Position numbers and translations under genes: made by a program. A stretch of 64,000 nt of DNA, taken from an uncultured Erysipelotrichaceae bacterium. GTDB lineage: Bacteria > Bacillota_I > Bacilli_A > Erysipelotrichales > Erysipelotrichaceae. The notes under the pieces are model-generated. The model was given only the letters and a program-made list of their open reading frames with translations. It searched no databases and was not told the origin of the DNA. The DNA is taken from contig CACWLH010000002.1 of NCBI GenBank assembly GCA_902761625.1, positions 8,126 to 72,125 of the forward strand, read 5' to 3'. This document shows, in pieces, positions 37,801 through 48,453 of the stretch (position 1 is the stretch's first letter; each line of letters starts with the position of its first letter).

Positions 37801-40800
37801 ACGGCCGTTATTCTTATCGGCTGCGCTATGAGACATCCGAAGACTCACGTGCGGATCATATGATCTTCTTTGATTCGCTTGAGAATTGTCATACCGACGG
37901 CCTTGATAGCGCATGGCATGGAACGCTTGAATCCATCGATGTCAGCCAGCTGATCTCAAAAGGAATTGATCCGAAGATCTATGTCAGCACAATATCTGAT
38001 CTGGATATTGAAGCGCATCATGATCTCAGTGATCAAAGCATCTGGAATGATGATCTGAGCGATCTTTCCGGTGTGAAGGCAGTTGCGATTGACATGGGAA
38101 AAGATCAAACAGGCAATGACTATGTTCTTGGATCATCTGAATCCGTCAGTGCGGTTGTCTGGTTCAGGGCACCGCACAATATCAATGCAGATCCGCCTGC
38201 AAACAAGGCTTACAACAATGTCTGGCTGTCATGCGATCTTCATGGCAGTTTCAACGAGGAGGAGGGATATCTCATCCGGCAGGATTACACAGCTGTCTCA
38301 TATCAGATCAGATCTGATCTTCTGGTGTGCAAGAAAGATCAGGATAATCCGGAAATCACCATACCCGGCATTGACTTTGAATTAAGCGGAACATCGGTAT
38401 ATGGAGAACCCATATGCATCACAAAGAAAACCGGAAAAAACGGGACCGTCATATTCAGGGATATTCCCGCAGGAACATATCAATTGAAAGAGACAGGATG
38501 GAATCCGGACTGGATCAAAGATGAAACCATCCATGAAGTGAATATTGCCATGGACGGCAGTGTCAGTGTTGATGGAAGTCTGATTTCAGATCAGTTCATC
38601 GTGAGCAATCAGAAACGCATTCATAAGGATTTCAGCTTTGAAAAAAGAGATCTTCTTCACCATGAGAAACCTGTGAGCAATGCGCAATATCGTTTGTCCG
38701 GAACCTCTTCCTACGGCAATGAAATCGTTCTTTATTCAGCATCGGATGATCAGGGAAATATCCTGTTCAAAGATATTGAACCGGGTACCTATGCCGTTCA
38801 TGAGACAGATGCGCCGCAGGGATATCTCAAAGACATCACGGAGTACACGCTGATTCTGGATGACAGCGGAAACTTTCATCTTGCCGAAGCATTCATGGAT
38901 GAATCCGGAAAATACATTCTTTATGATGAGCCTCTGCATGAGCTGAAACTGATCAAAAAGAATTCATATGATAATTCAATGATTCCCGGCGCAAAGTTCC
39001 TTCTCAAAGGAATTGCGGATGACGGCACGGAGACTGCGGTGACTGCCTCCTCCAATCAAAGAGGGATTGTTCAATTCACCTCTCTGCATGCGGGGACTTA
39101 TTCACTTCAGGAAACAGAAGCACCGGAAGGCATGATCAAAGATCCGGCGGTTCATGCGGTCCGGATCAACCATGACGGCAGCGTGGAATGCGAAGAGCTG
39201 GAAGTGAATGATCAGGGGATCATGGTCATATACAATCAGCCTGAAATGAATCAGACAATCCGCATCATCAAGAAATGGATGGATGACGGCAATACAGAAA
39301 GACCTGTTCCGATCATCCATCTGACCAATACAAAACCTCAGCCGCTACCGAAGATCACAACCATCGATATTGAGCGCTGGCTGGATGAAGATACCGATCT
39401 TGCCCGGATCGCGGACGGGGCATGGTTTGAAGAAAACACAGAACTGGCAAAAGATGAGGTTCTTTCCATAGAAGATGTCATCCGCATTGATGATGAACAG
39501 ACAGAATACTCCATGTACATATGGCCAAATGAAGACGGATATGAGTGGTGGTCTGATGCGGATGTGATCGAACTGCCTGAAAACTGTTCCGGTATGTTCG
39601 CATCTTGTTCAGATCTTGAAACGCTCGATCTGTCCAGATTCGCTTCGGATAATGTGACGGATATGTATAGCATGTTCAGCAACTGTTTGTCATTAACTGA
39701 GCTTGATCTTACTCATTTGAATATGACAAATGTTTTAGATACTGGAAACATGTTTAATTTTTGTCAGTCGCTAACATATTTAAATCTCTCAGGTGTAGAT
39801 GTGTCGAATGTTACTTCTATGAATTCGATGTTCATATTCTGTTCTTCATTGACCGAACTTGATCTCAGCAGTTTTAAAACTTCACAGGTTGAATACATGG
39901 ATTCAATGTTCTCATCCTGCTCAAAACTTTCATCCATCTATGTTTCAGATCTATGGTCAACGGAATCGGTATACAGCGGAAGAGATATGTTTAAAGGCTG
40001 TCGTAGACTTCCAGGATATAACAAGTCAAATGTGGATTCATCGTATGCCCATTATGGAGAGGGCGGATATCTGACTTATCGCGCATATGAAACAGCTGTG
40101 ACAGATCATTCTGATTTTAGGGATGGATTATTCATGCCGGTTCATGCGGATGAGGCACAGGAGTATTGTTCAGACTCATCAAGCTTTATTACCTCATCCA
40201 TGAGTGAAGAAGAGAAGCAGATGATCATGAACAATCCGGAAGGCTATTGGCAGATCCTGGACGCAAACACCTGGGTGTATACCTTTCCGGTTGTCAATGA
40301 TCAGGATGAATTCTGGTTTTATGAAGAAGATATGGAAGGCTGGCTTACCAATGCGGATCTTTATCATCCGGGTTCAATAAACCGGAAATCCGGCACAGTC
40401 ATCAATTTCAAAGGAATCAATCCGGAGATAGGGGAAATGATAATCACTAAAGAAGTAATCAATGACAATTCTGACAATACGAAATTCAATTTCAATATCA
40501 CACTGAGAAATGAAAAAGGTGAACCTCTTCACGGACGCAATGTCTTCGGAGATACCGCCTTTGAAAATGGAAAAGCTACCGTGAGCATCACTTCCGGTGG
40601 AACTTACCGGATTACCGGCATACCGATCGGCTGGCTTTATCTGGTGGAAGAAGAGGAGAATGATGATTACACCGTCAGTGCGGAAGGGGCAAGCGGTGTG
40701 ATCATGGATGATCAGACGACGGTTCATTTCATCAATACCAGAAAAGAGACATATGATCAGACTGTCAATCTCAGACTGACCAAGAAACTGAGCGGCAGAT

Positions 40801-42044
40801 ATGAGGATATGGAAGAAGAGGAATTCATTTTCCATTTCTTCCTTGGCGGTTTGAAACCATGTGCGCAATATGAGCTGTCCAACGGGCAGATCTATTTCGC
40901 CGATGAGGCGGGTGGTGCGGATTTCTCTTGTCATCTGAAAGAGAATGAAAACATAACACTTCTGAATCTGCCCAAAGGTGCCACTTACCAGGTGTGCGAG
41001 GAAGGCGGCGATTATCTTTCCTCATATGAAATCAGCACAGAAGGGGAAGATGAACTGATTTCAAGGCAGCGGTCCAATGAGACACGTGATCATTTCCTTT
41101 CCACTGCTCTGGAAACAGCCGGTGATTCCGATGTGGAGATCACTTTTACCAATCAATTCGAATATGTGCAGAATATTACCGTTCAGAAGATATGCGAATA
41201 TGAAAGCGATTCGGAATTCGAGTTCACAGCGCATTTCTCAGGTCTCGAAGACCGGGATGTGATCGATACCGGTTTCGGAAGTCTGAAACCGGATGCGGAC
41301 GGCAATATCATCAAGACATTCTTCCTGAAGAACGGTGAGTCCGTGGACTTCAGGAATATACCGGTCGGAGTCACCTATGTATTCACGGAAGAAGCCTGTC
41401 CATGGAGTTCGGAATACCGGATCGAGGACCGCTATGGAAGAGGAAAGGTGGTCAAACAGTTCGGAACCAATACGGTTTCACGCATGCCGTTAAGCACTAA
41501 GGAAGAAACCGTGAATCAGTTTGAGGATGTGCTGATTACTTTCACCAATACGCCTGAGCCGGTGTCACTCAGCATCACAAAGAAAGTCAAAGGAAACATG
41601 GGATCAAAGAACGGAAGCTTTACCTTTATGATGACGCTCAGCGATCAGGGCAGCTTTATCAATGAAGCCGGATATCAGATCACCGAGAACGGCACATTGA
41701 AAAAAGCGGACACATTGCGGATGAATGAGGAAGGCAGAGCCGTCTTTGAACTGAAAGATATGGAAACCATCACGTTCAATGATCTGAAACCCGGAACCCA
41801 GTACACCATTGAGGAAAAGGTGAATACTTCAGACGGCTACCGCTGTGAAGTGGTTCATGACAATGAGCACAGAGAAGGATATTTCATTGCCGGCAGACTG
41901 TCTGTCAATGATACGGAAAACAGCTTCACATTCATCAATGAGCGCAGCACCGTGATTCCGACCGGAAGGTCAAATCTGTTCCGCAGCACTGCCTTTTTCC
42001 TGATGGCAATACTGGTGATGATCGTTCACAGAGTCACTTCCTGA
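34821..42044 (+). CDS. 2407-aa sortase-anchored adhesin (candidate pilus tip protein) with Cna-B/SpaA-type, DUF285/BspA-type LRR and pilin-like Ig domains
   Basis: Signal peptide MKHRQKIISLLCGMLALLYLPAARA. The C-terminal sorting signal is VIPTG plus a hydrophobic helix plus HRVTS. The internal domain repeats are listed as separate features. Confidence 0.85.
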   Translation: MTMKHRQKIISLLCGMLALLYLPAARADDTGGTILIQAETIPEAYASKIISSFDPADDIAVWMLEVENETDAQELYGAFETDTAEANSVIHKAGTSGADTLMNTDALMILNNLLNGETVLTSALAYIGSGTDRSDTKQVSFLPGLSCEDADLQLLNNEEVLSIRAFDENGNSDVSILYASIMYAVKAGVQSVILPVQQEVINAHPLLGHAMQYAMDHSVSVYESVQEYCSLQRTGRSEINSFEARLQSGAVYDESADEFIWFPETAAQSQRFTYRISYSLNGVYDREANTVHIRLPKHILHTRDGETGDYCELSVLHEEDAGENDQFAYRVLDDFIEIFNINEISAASEGFFEVSYVTTEQTFSYRDGDDSEVFEAELIVDNGSETETVRCEADCFRIDTSSKILSVTKRCPEKSSQWNEMWMDGVQGKSDEEYLIWEIRSYIRDNATQPYTLVFNDEVSSDQTETRVVGYRYCDTMKFVTEPSVSDQTIDQFRTDYVLTAFKKCEAEEIEINNQITVTLVPQDGMDEVSCVSSQAVYTEEKKSFAEPEGSIGSEIYSGDISWGLDLLQDNQTDAINGLEYHLIMEGYPYQWTREDEDDPLDPDSYGRKNILYRLTDDDFRLNGEENRLNHEDYTIDAVHCAFEFEDALFDEDAQTFVPCEVSFEPDDTITFYGLFDDEWIQIAQKSLDTDSMNLNEAYASYENDEFTFRQPCHGIRIEAENSHYHTRSMADLSVSLNNTPHVRSLIQNQEQASLTNTEIFSVNNEDTEIASLTRQASQIIRREYRDSELKKRVIASFNDVASKQYTITWKVALSEWISGRQGLHRPYIQSSGTFYDLLPEGSDLDPSSVSVCNETGELSPDEYEVTVTDNFRNSGRSLLTVKIHVPGEQYSLVYDTHHSWESIRDFGTGLLNPAAYETGNADIAYGNMDDGTGLSEINRPYLSNLDQSCDSQRFIYTEQPHEITAITSAAAGLKKKVKGNSSSYSYEDTVSPDGRYSYRLRYETSEDSRADHMIFFDSLENCHTDGLDSAWHGTLESIDVSQLISKGIDPKIYVSTISDLDIEAHHDLSDQSIWNDDLSDLSGVKAVAIDMGKDQTGNDYVLGSSESVSAVVWFRAPHNINADPPANKAYNNVWLSCDLHGSFNEEEGYLIRQDYTAVSYQIRSDLLVCKKDQDNPEITIPGIDFELSGTSVYGEPICITKKTGKNGTVIFRDIPAGTYQLKETGWNPDWIKDETIHEVNIAMDGSVSVDGSLISDQFIVSNQKRIHKDFSFEKRDLLHHEKPVSNAQYRLSGTSSYGNEIVLYSASDDQGNILFKDIEPGTYAVHETDAPQGYLKDITEYTLILDDSGNFHLAEAFMDESGKYILYDEPLHELKLIKKNSYDNSMIPGAKFLLKGIADDGTETAVTASSNQRGIVQFTSLHAGTYSLQETEAPEGMIKDPAVHAVRINHDGSVECEELEVNDQGIMVIYNQPEMNQTIRIIKKWMDDGNTERPVPIIHLTNTKPQPLPKITTIDIERWLDEDTDLARIADGAWFEENTELAKDEVLSIEDVIRIDDEQTEYSMYIWPNEDGYEWWSDADVIELPENCSGMFASCSDLETLDLSRFASDNVTDMYSMFSNCLSLTELDLTHLNMTNVLDTGNMFNFCQSLTYLNLSGVDVSNVTSMNSMFIFCSSLTELDLSSFKTSQVEYMDSMFSSCSKLSSIYVSDLWSTESVYSGRDMFKGCRRLPGYNKSNVDSSYAHYGEGGYLTYRAYETAVTDHSDFRDGLFMPVHADEAQEYCSDSSSFITSSMSEEEKQMIMNNPEGYWQILDANTWVYTFPVVNDQDEFWFYEEDMEGWLTNADLYHPGSINRKSGTVINFKGINPEIGEMIITKEVINDNSDNTKFNFNITLRNEKGEPLHGRNVFGDTAFENGKATVSITSGGTYRITGIPIGWLYLVEEEENDDYTVSAEGASGVIMDDQTTVHFINTRKETYDQTVNLRLTKKLSGRYEDMEEEEFIFHFFLGGLKPCAQYELSNGQIYFADEAGGADFSCHLKENENITLLNLPKGATYQVCEEGGDYLSSYEISTEGEDELISRQRSNETRDHFLSTALETAGDSDVEITFTNQFEYVQNITVQKICEYESDSEFEFTAHFSGLEDRDVIDTGFGSLKPDADGNIIKTFFLKNGESVDFRNIPVGVTYVFTEEACPWSSEYRIEDRYGRGKVVKQFGTNTVSRMPLSTKEETVNQFEDVLITFTNTPEPVSLSITKKVKGNMGSKNGSFTFMMTLSDQGSFINEAGYQITENGTLKKADTLRMNEEGRAVFELKDMETITFNDLKPGTQYTIEEKVNTSDGYRCEVVHDNEHREGYFIAGRLSVNDTENSFTFINERSTVIPTGRSNLFRSTAFFLMAILVMIVHRVTS
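38320..39205 (+). repeat. Three tandem Cna-B/SpaA-type (prealbumin-like) domain repeats within the adhesin
   Basis: Recurring pattern: G..F.L.G.......T...G...F.DI..GTY.L.ET.AP.G(Y/W/M)IKD. Confidence 0.75.
39570..40015 (+). repeat. DUF285/BspA-like leucine-rich repeat module (~26-residue repeats) within the adhesin
   Basis: Repeats MFASCSDLETLDLSRFASDNVTDMYSMFSNCLSLTELDLTHLNMTNVLDTGNMFNFCQSLTYLNLSGVDVSNVTSMNSMFIFCSSLTELDLSSFKTSQVEYMDSMFSSCSKL. Confidence 0.8.
40431..41945 (+). repeat. Four tandem pilin-like Ig domains at the adhesin C-terminus
   Basis: Each unit starts (I/L)TK(E/K)V or QKI and ends (F/I)TN(Q/T/E) or FINTR, with a central GxxYxxxEE motif. Confidence 0.65.
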
Positions 42045-42200
42045 AAAATGTGAAATGTGCCGTAATTTACAAATAAATGTGAAAAACAGCAGAAAAATGC
42101 TTTAATTTTATTTAACAGATAGTGCCATGTGTTAAAGATTTCACAGATTTGAAAAAGTGATTAATACACTTTCATATCTTACTTGATATGACAGAATTAA

Positions 42201-42215
42201 CCTGTTAACAACAGG
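42201..42215. promoter_or_regulatory. Candidate TetR operator palindrome
   Basis: CCTGTT-AAC-AACAGG inverted repeat 22 nt upstream of the TetR start codon, just before the GGAG RBS. Confidence 0.3.
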
Positions 42216-42236
42216 GACAGCCAGGAGAAATGCAAA

Positions 42237-42800
42237 ATGACAATTACTCGCAAAGATGCAAGGCAGCTATTAACAGAGTCCGTCAAAGAGCTTGCCTCCA
42301 GAAATCCGATCAACAAGATCTCTGTCACAGAGATCGCCCGCAACTGTTCGCTGAGCACTTCAGCCTTCTATTATTATTTCAGTGACAAGTATGAACTGAT
42401 CTCCTATGTGATCAACAGGGAAATCGATGAACAGGTTTCATCGATGAGAATGCCGATCCAGGAGTTTCTTGCAAACCTGATTGATCTGATGGAAGGTGAA
42501 CAGCAATTCTATTCCAACATTCTGGAAAACACACTGATGGATTATCCCAATCATGCGTTCTTTCATGAAATGCTGGACACCCGTATCAAAAAGATGATCA
42601 TCACCAACTGCATGAGCATCATTCCGAAAGAGGATCTGGATATGATTCTTCAGGTTTATCTGGCCGGAATCACCGCGCTCATGTGCTCTCATGTGATATC
42701 GCACAGGATGAGCAGGAGTGATCTTCTCGATGCATTTGTGGCGGCGATCCCTGATCGTCTGAAACCTTACATCAACACGGAAAGAAAAATGTATTCATGA
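42237..42800 (+). CDS. TetR/AcrR-family transcriptional regulator
   Basis: N-terminal HTH ISVTEIARNCSLSTSAFYYYFSDKYELI. Confidence 0.85.
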   Translation: MTITRKDARQLLTESVKELASRNPINKISVTEIARNCSLSTSAFYYYFSDKYELISYVINREIDEQVSSMRMPIQEFLANLIDLMEGEQQFYSNILENTLMDYPNHAFFHEMLDTRIKKMIITNCMSIIPKEDLDMILQVYLAGITALMCSHVISHRMSRSDLLDAFVAAIPDRLKPYINTERKMYS

Positions 42801-42856
42801 AAAAAGGCTCCTTTGAACCATGTGCGGATGCGCCGGTTCAGAAGAGCCTTTCATTG
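42801..42856. terminator. Bidirectional terminator
   Basis: AAAGGCTC...GAACC...GGTTC...GAGCCTTT nested hairpin flanked by an A-run and a T-run, between convergent genes. Confidence 0.6.
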
Positions 42857-42860
42857 TTTT

Positions 42861-43625
42861 TTACTGTTTCGGAGTGATGGCGACAGCTCTGACGGGCATG
42901 CCGGTAGCACCTGAGATCCGCGGCCAGCCGACAAACAGCAATGCGCCGGCGGGAGCCACTTTGTCAAGGTTCTGCAATACTTCAACCTGAAGCTTGCCGG
43001 AATCAAGCACATATCTTTCGCAGGCAAGATCACCGGCTTTGGCTGCTTCGGCGGACGCATCTGTATCCAGGGTCTCATGACCGTTGGCAGCCGCATTTCT
43101 TTCTTCGTAAATGAACTTCAGCGCTTCCATACTCCAGCCGGGGAAGTTTTCGCTCTCATCATCGGCAATGCCGGAAAGTGCGTTCATGTCAGGCCAGTTC
43201 TTATACCAGTCGGTGCGCAGCGCCACGAATGCGCCATCCGGAATTCTTCCGTATTTTTCCTCATAGGCAAGGATGTCTTCCTTCTTGACCGCATAATGAA
43301 CATCCTCTTTGACCTTGTCGGTGATATCGACAACGCATAACGGATAGAACATCGATTCGGCGGAATAGGATTCAGAGAGTTTTCCTTCCTTGATGAAGTG
43401 GCCGGGGAAGTCGATGTGAGTGCCGAACTGTCCCGGGAATTTGAATGTCTGGATCAGGCATTCGAGCATCGGATTGCCCCAGTCAAACACAGTGTTTGAA
43501 AGCTCAACCGAACCTTCGGGGATGCCCGCCCAGTAGGGGCTGTCATTGTCAAGCTCATGGGAGAGTTCGACAAAATCGTAGTTTTCCTTCAGATTGTTCA
43601 GAAAATCCCAAAGCGGATAAGTCAT
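42861..43625 (-). CDS. Cyclase-family protein (kynurenine formamidase-like metal hydrolase)
   Basis: GQFGTHIDFPGHF motif. The start is set at MTYPLWDF, preceded by a GGGAGGA RBS. Confidence 0.85.
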   Translation of the reverse strand: MTYPLWDFLNNLKENYDFVELSHELDNDSPYWAGIPEGSVELSNTVFDWGNPMLECLIQTFKFPGQFGTHIDFPGHFIKEGKLSESYSAESMFYPLCVVDITDKVKEDVHYAVKKEDILAYEEKYGRIPDGAFVALRTDWYKNWPDMNALSGIADDESENFPGWSMEALKFIYEERNAAANGHETLDTDASAEAAKAGDLACERYVLDSGKLQVEVLQNLDKVAPAGALLFVGWPRISGATGMPVRAVAITPKQ

Positions 43626-43799
43626 GATTATGATTCCTCCCGATAATATATCTGATTCAATTTTACACATATGAACGCTGTGCGTGCATAGATTTTCTCG
43701 ATAATTGGTTATGCGCAATGTCTGTTTGTCATTTCCCGATCATATAAAGGCGATGATCATCCGTATGTTCGCTTTTCCTGTGCATGCATATCCGTTATA

Positions 43800-45203
<1,404 letters not shown>

Positions 45204-45215
45204 GAGATTTCACGG

Positions 45216-45249
45216 GATGTGTGCGGAAGATCCGCGCACATCTTTTTTT
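45216..45249 (+). terminator. Rho-independent terminator (native to the GH1 gene)
   Basis: GATGTGTGCGG-AAGAT-CCGCGCACATC followed by TTTTTTT. Confidence 0.75.
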
Positions 45250-45369
45250 CATGGGGCAAAATATCCCGGGAGGGCCTCAAAAAAGCGTATCGAATGACTT
45301 TATATAATAAGGTTGGAAACTCACCTTTCGGCCCATTTCAGACATCCGGAAAATCATGAAAAATAATGC

Positions 45370-45398
45370 TTGTAATGTACTTGCAGGGAGGGTATAAT
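45370..45398 (+). promoter_or_regulatory. Sigma-A-type promoter of the S10 operon
   Basis: TTGTAA, a 17-nt spacer, then TATAAT. It lies ~128 nt upstream of the rpsJ ATG. Confidence 0.55.
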
Positions 45399-45525
45399 AA
45401 TCGAGCACTCGCGTAGACGTGGGAGATTGCTGGCACACCGACATCCGTTGTCACGAAAGTGTGATAACCGGGGAACTCACACCGAGCGATCCCGTAGAGG
45501 GAGTGAATACAAGGAGGAAAAATTC

Positions 45526-45837
45526 ATGGCAAAGAACTCTGTAAGAATTCGTCTGAAGGCTTACGAGAACAGGAGCCTGGACGCTGCAAGCGAGAAGATC
45601 GTCAAGACAGCTGAAAACCATGGCGCGAAGAAAATCGTTGGACCTGTTCCGCTGCCGACTGAGCGTGAGGTCATCACTGTCCTGCGCGCCGTCCACAAGT
45701 ACAAGGACTCTCGTGAACAGTTCGAGATCCGCACACACAAGAGACTGATTGAAATCATCGGTCCGAGTGCTGAAACAATCGATGCACTGAGCAGACTTGA
45801 TCTGCCGTCCGGCGTCGACATTGAGATCAAGCTTTAA
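45526..45837 (+). CDS. rpsJ: 30S ribosomal protein S10
   Basis: [19 protein letters not shown]... AGGAGG RBS 8 nt upstream. The ORF-track extension back to 45427 is rejected. Confidence 0.97.
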   Translation: MAKNSVRIRLKAYENRSLDAASEKIVKTAENHGAKKIVGPVPLPTEREVITVLRAVHKYKDSREQFEIRTHKRLIEIIGPSAETIDALSRLDLPSGVDIEIKL

Positions 45838-45859
45838 GAAAGGAACCGGGTGAATACAG

Positions 45860-46597
45860 ATGAAAGGTATTTTAGGACGTAAGCTCGGTATGACTCAGGT
45901 ATTCACAATTGACGGTGAGCTCATTCCCGTAACAGTTGTTGAAGTAAAGCCGAATGTTGTGCTGCAGAAGAAAACAAACGAAACTGACGGCTACGAAGCT
46001 GTTCAGCTCGGCTACGAGGACGTTAAGGAACAGCGTGCCACAAAGCCGGCAATCGGACATGCAAAGAAAGCCGGAACAGCTCCGAAGCACTACATCAGAG
46101 AATTCCGTGCTGATGAAATGCTCGGACTGGAAGTTGGCGCTGAAGTCAAGGCTGATCTGTTCAAGGCCGGCGACGTTGTCGATGTACAGGGCACTTCAAA
46201 GGGTCATGGCTACACAGGCACAATCAAGCGTTACAACGCACACCGCGGACCGGAAAGCCATGGTGGATCCAAGAACGTAAGACACATTGGTTCACTTGCT
46301 ACAACCGGCCGTAACAACGGACGTATTGAAAAGAACACACCGATGCCGGGTCATCACGGTGTCTACACAACAACCAATCAGAACCTCACAGTCATCAAGG
46401 TTGATGCTGAAGAAGGCTACATCCTGATCAAGGGCAACGTCCCGGGACCTAAGAAGGGTCTGGTTGCAATCAAGACAACTGTCAAGCCGGTCAAGGAAGT
46501 CAAGGTTCCTGAACTGATCTCCTACAAGGGTACTTCAGTTGAGGAAGAGCTCGAAAAGGTTGAAGAAACAATCAACGCAGAGCTCGCAGGAAAGTGA
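45860..46597 (+). CDS. rplC: 50S ribosomal protein L3 (with a ~35-aa C-terminal extension)
   Basis: [15 protein letters not shown]...; conserved operon position. Confidence 0.97.
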   Translation: MKGILGRKLGMTQVFTIDGELIPVTVVEVKPNVVLQKKTNETDGYEAVQLGYEDVKEQRATKPAIGHAKKAGTAPKHYIREFRADEMLGLEVGAEVKADLFKAGDVVDVQGTSKGHGYTGTIKRYNAHRGPESHGGSKNVRHIGSLATTGRNNGRIEKNTPMPGHHGVYTTTNQNLTVIKVDAEEGYILIKGNVPGPKKGLVAIKTTVKPVKEVKVPELISYKGTSVEEELEKVEETINAELAGK

Positions 46598-46606
46598 GGT
46601 TAAGGA

Positions 46607-47236
46607 ATGCCGCAGATTGATGTATATAACCAGGAAGCTAATGTTGTGAAGACAATTGAGCTGTCCGACGCTGTCTTCGGAATCGAACCGAACCAGCAGG
46701 CGATCTACGATGCAGTTCTGGTTTACCAGGCTGGTCTGAGACAGGGCACTCACTCCACAAAGACAAGAGCATTCGTTTCCGGTACAGGTAAGAAGCCGTT
46801 CCGCCAGAAGGGAACAGGCCGTGCCCGTCAGGGTTCAACAAGAGCCACACAGTGGAGAGGCGGCGCGATCGCATTCGGCCCGCTGCCCCGCAAGTACAAC
46901 CTGAAGATGAACCGCAAGGTCAGAAGACTGGCTCTGCGTTCCGCTTTAAGTGAAAAGGTCGCTGAAAACAACCTGACAGTTCTCGAGAATCTGTCATTCG
47001 GCGAGATCAAGACAAAGAAGGCAGTCGCACTTCTGAATGCATTCGGCTTCGACAGAAAGACACTGTTCGTCGCTGACGCTTCCGAAGACTTCGACAACGC
47101 GTATGTTTCCATGAGAAACATTCCGAATGCAATGCTGGTTACAGTATCTTCTCTGAATGTTTACGATATCGTCAACGCTGACAAGATCGTCTTCACAGAG
47201 ACAGCAGCTTCCAGAGCAGGGGAGGTATTAGCATAA
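46607..47236 (+). CDS. rplD: 50S ribosomal protein L4
   Basis: Conserved L4 sequence (GTGRARQGS...) and operon position. Confidence 0.97.
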   Translation: MPQIDVYNQEANVVKTIELSDAVFGIEPNQQAIYDAVLVYQAGLRQGTHSTKTRAFVSGTGKKPFRQKGTGRARQGSTRATQWRGGAIAFGPLPRKYNLKMNRKVRRLALRSALSEKVAENNLTVLENLSFGEIKTKKAVALLNAFGFDRKTLFVADASEDFDNAYVSMRNIPNAMLVTVSSLNVYDIVNADKIVFTETAASRAGEVLA

Positions 47237-47520
47237 TGAGCGCACGCGATATTATCATCCGCCCGATCGTTACCGAAAAGACCATGAAGCTCTCCAGTGA
47301 CGAGAACAAAGTCACATTCATGGTAGCCAAGAATGCCAACAAGGTTTCGGTAGCCCAGGCAATCAAGGAAATCTATAACATCAAGGCAGAAAAGGTGAAC
47401 ATCGTCAACGTTCACCCCAAGACAAGAAGAGTCGGCCGCTACGAAGGCAAGACCAACGCTTACAAGAAGGCAATCGTTCAGCTGCCTGAAGGCCAGTCCA
47501 TCGATATCTTCGAAAACTGA
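47236..47520 (+). CDS. rplW: 50S ribosomal protein L23
   Basis: IIRPIVTEKTM...; TAATG overlap with rplD. Confidence 0.97.
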   Translation: MSARDIIIRPIVTEKTMKLSSDENKVTFMVAKNANKVSVAQAIKEIYNIKAEKVNIVNVHPKTRRVGRYEGKTNAYKKAIVQLPEGQSIDIFEN

Positions 47521-47596
47521 GGACTGAGCAATTAAGTATCACCTATCGGAGGAAGACGCTATCTCCGGATAACATGCGAAAGGAAATTAAGACAAA

Positions 47597-48430
47597 ATGG
47601 CAATTGTAAAGTACAAGCCGACCAGCAACGGACGCAGAAATATGTCGACTTTGTCCAATGACAAGATCACAAAGACAAAGCCTGAAAAGAGCCTGCTCGC
47701 ACCGTTGAACAAGAAGGGCGGCAGAAACAACACTGGCAGAATCACAACACGCCACCAGGGCGGCGGCGCCAAGCAGAAGTACAGAGTCATCGACTTCAAG
47801 AGAAACAAGGATGGTGTTCCGGGAAAGGTTGCTGCGATCGAATACGATCCGAACCGTAACGCTAACATCGCTCTGATCAACTACAGAGACGGTGAAAAGA
47901 GATACATCATCTGCCCTGAAGGCCTGAACGTCGGCGACACAGTCATCTCAGGCGTATCCGCAGACATCAAGACCGGCAACGCGATGGAACTCCGCAACAT
48001 GCCGGATGGTACAATCGTACACAACGTTGAGCTCACAGCAGGCAAGGGCGGCCAGATGGCAAGAGCTGCAGGCTGCTCCGCACAGATCCTCGGTTCCGAA
48101 GGCAACTTCGTCACACTGAGACTCAGCTCCGGCGAAGTCAGACGTGTACACGGCAACTGCCGCGCTACAGTCGGCGCAGTCGGCAATGGCGAATACTCCC
48201 TGATCAGCTGGGGTAAAGCAGGACGCACACGTCACAGAGGCATCCGCCCGACAGTCAGAGGTTCAGCGATGAACCCTGTGGACCACGCGCATGGTGGTGG
48301 TGAAGGTCGTGCTCCGATCGGACGTAAGGCTCCGATGACACCTTGGGGCAAGAAAGCTATGGGTGTCAAGACACGTAACGCCAAGGCTAAGAGCAACAAG
48401 TACATCGTAAGAAGACGCAGTGGAAAATAA
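47597..48430 (+). CDS. rplB: 50S ribosomal protein L2
   Basis: [14 protein letters not shown]...GGGEGR... Confidence 0.98.
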   Translation: MAIVKYKPTSNGRRNMSTLSNDKITKTKPEKSLLAPLNKKGGRNNTGRITTRHQGGGAKQKYRVIDFKRNKDGVPGKVAAIEYDPNRNANIALINYRDGEKRYIICPEGLNVGDTVISGVSADIKTGNAMELRNMPDGTIVHNVELTAGKGGQMARAAGCSAQILGSEGNFVTLRLSSGEVRRVHGNCRATVGAVGNGEYSLISWGKAGRTRHRGIRPTVRGSAMNPVDHAHGGGEGRAPIGRKAPMTPWGKKAMGVKTRNAKAKSNKYIVRRRSGK

Positions 48431-48453
48431 GAGTTGAAAGGAGAGAATGAATA

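Noticed and set aside
45427-45525. N-terminal extension of the rpsJ ORF in the ORF track
   Set aside because: S10 starts at [10 protein letters not shown] with an AGGAGG RBS. The extension would run through the leader directly downstream of the promoter.
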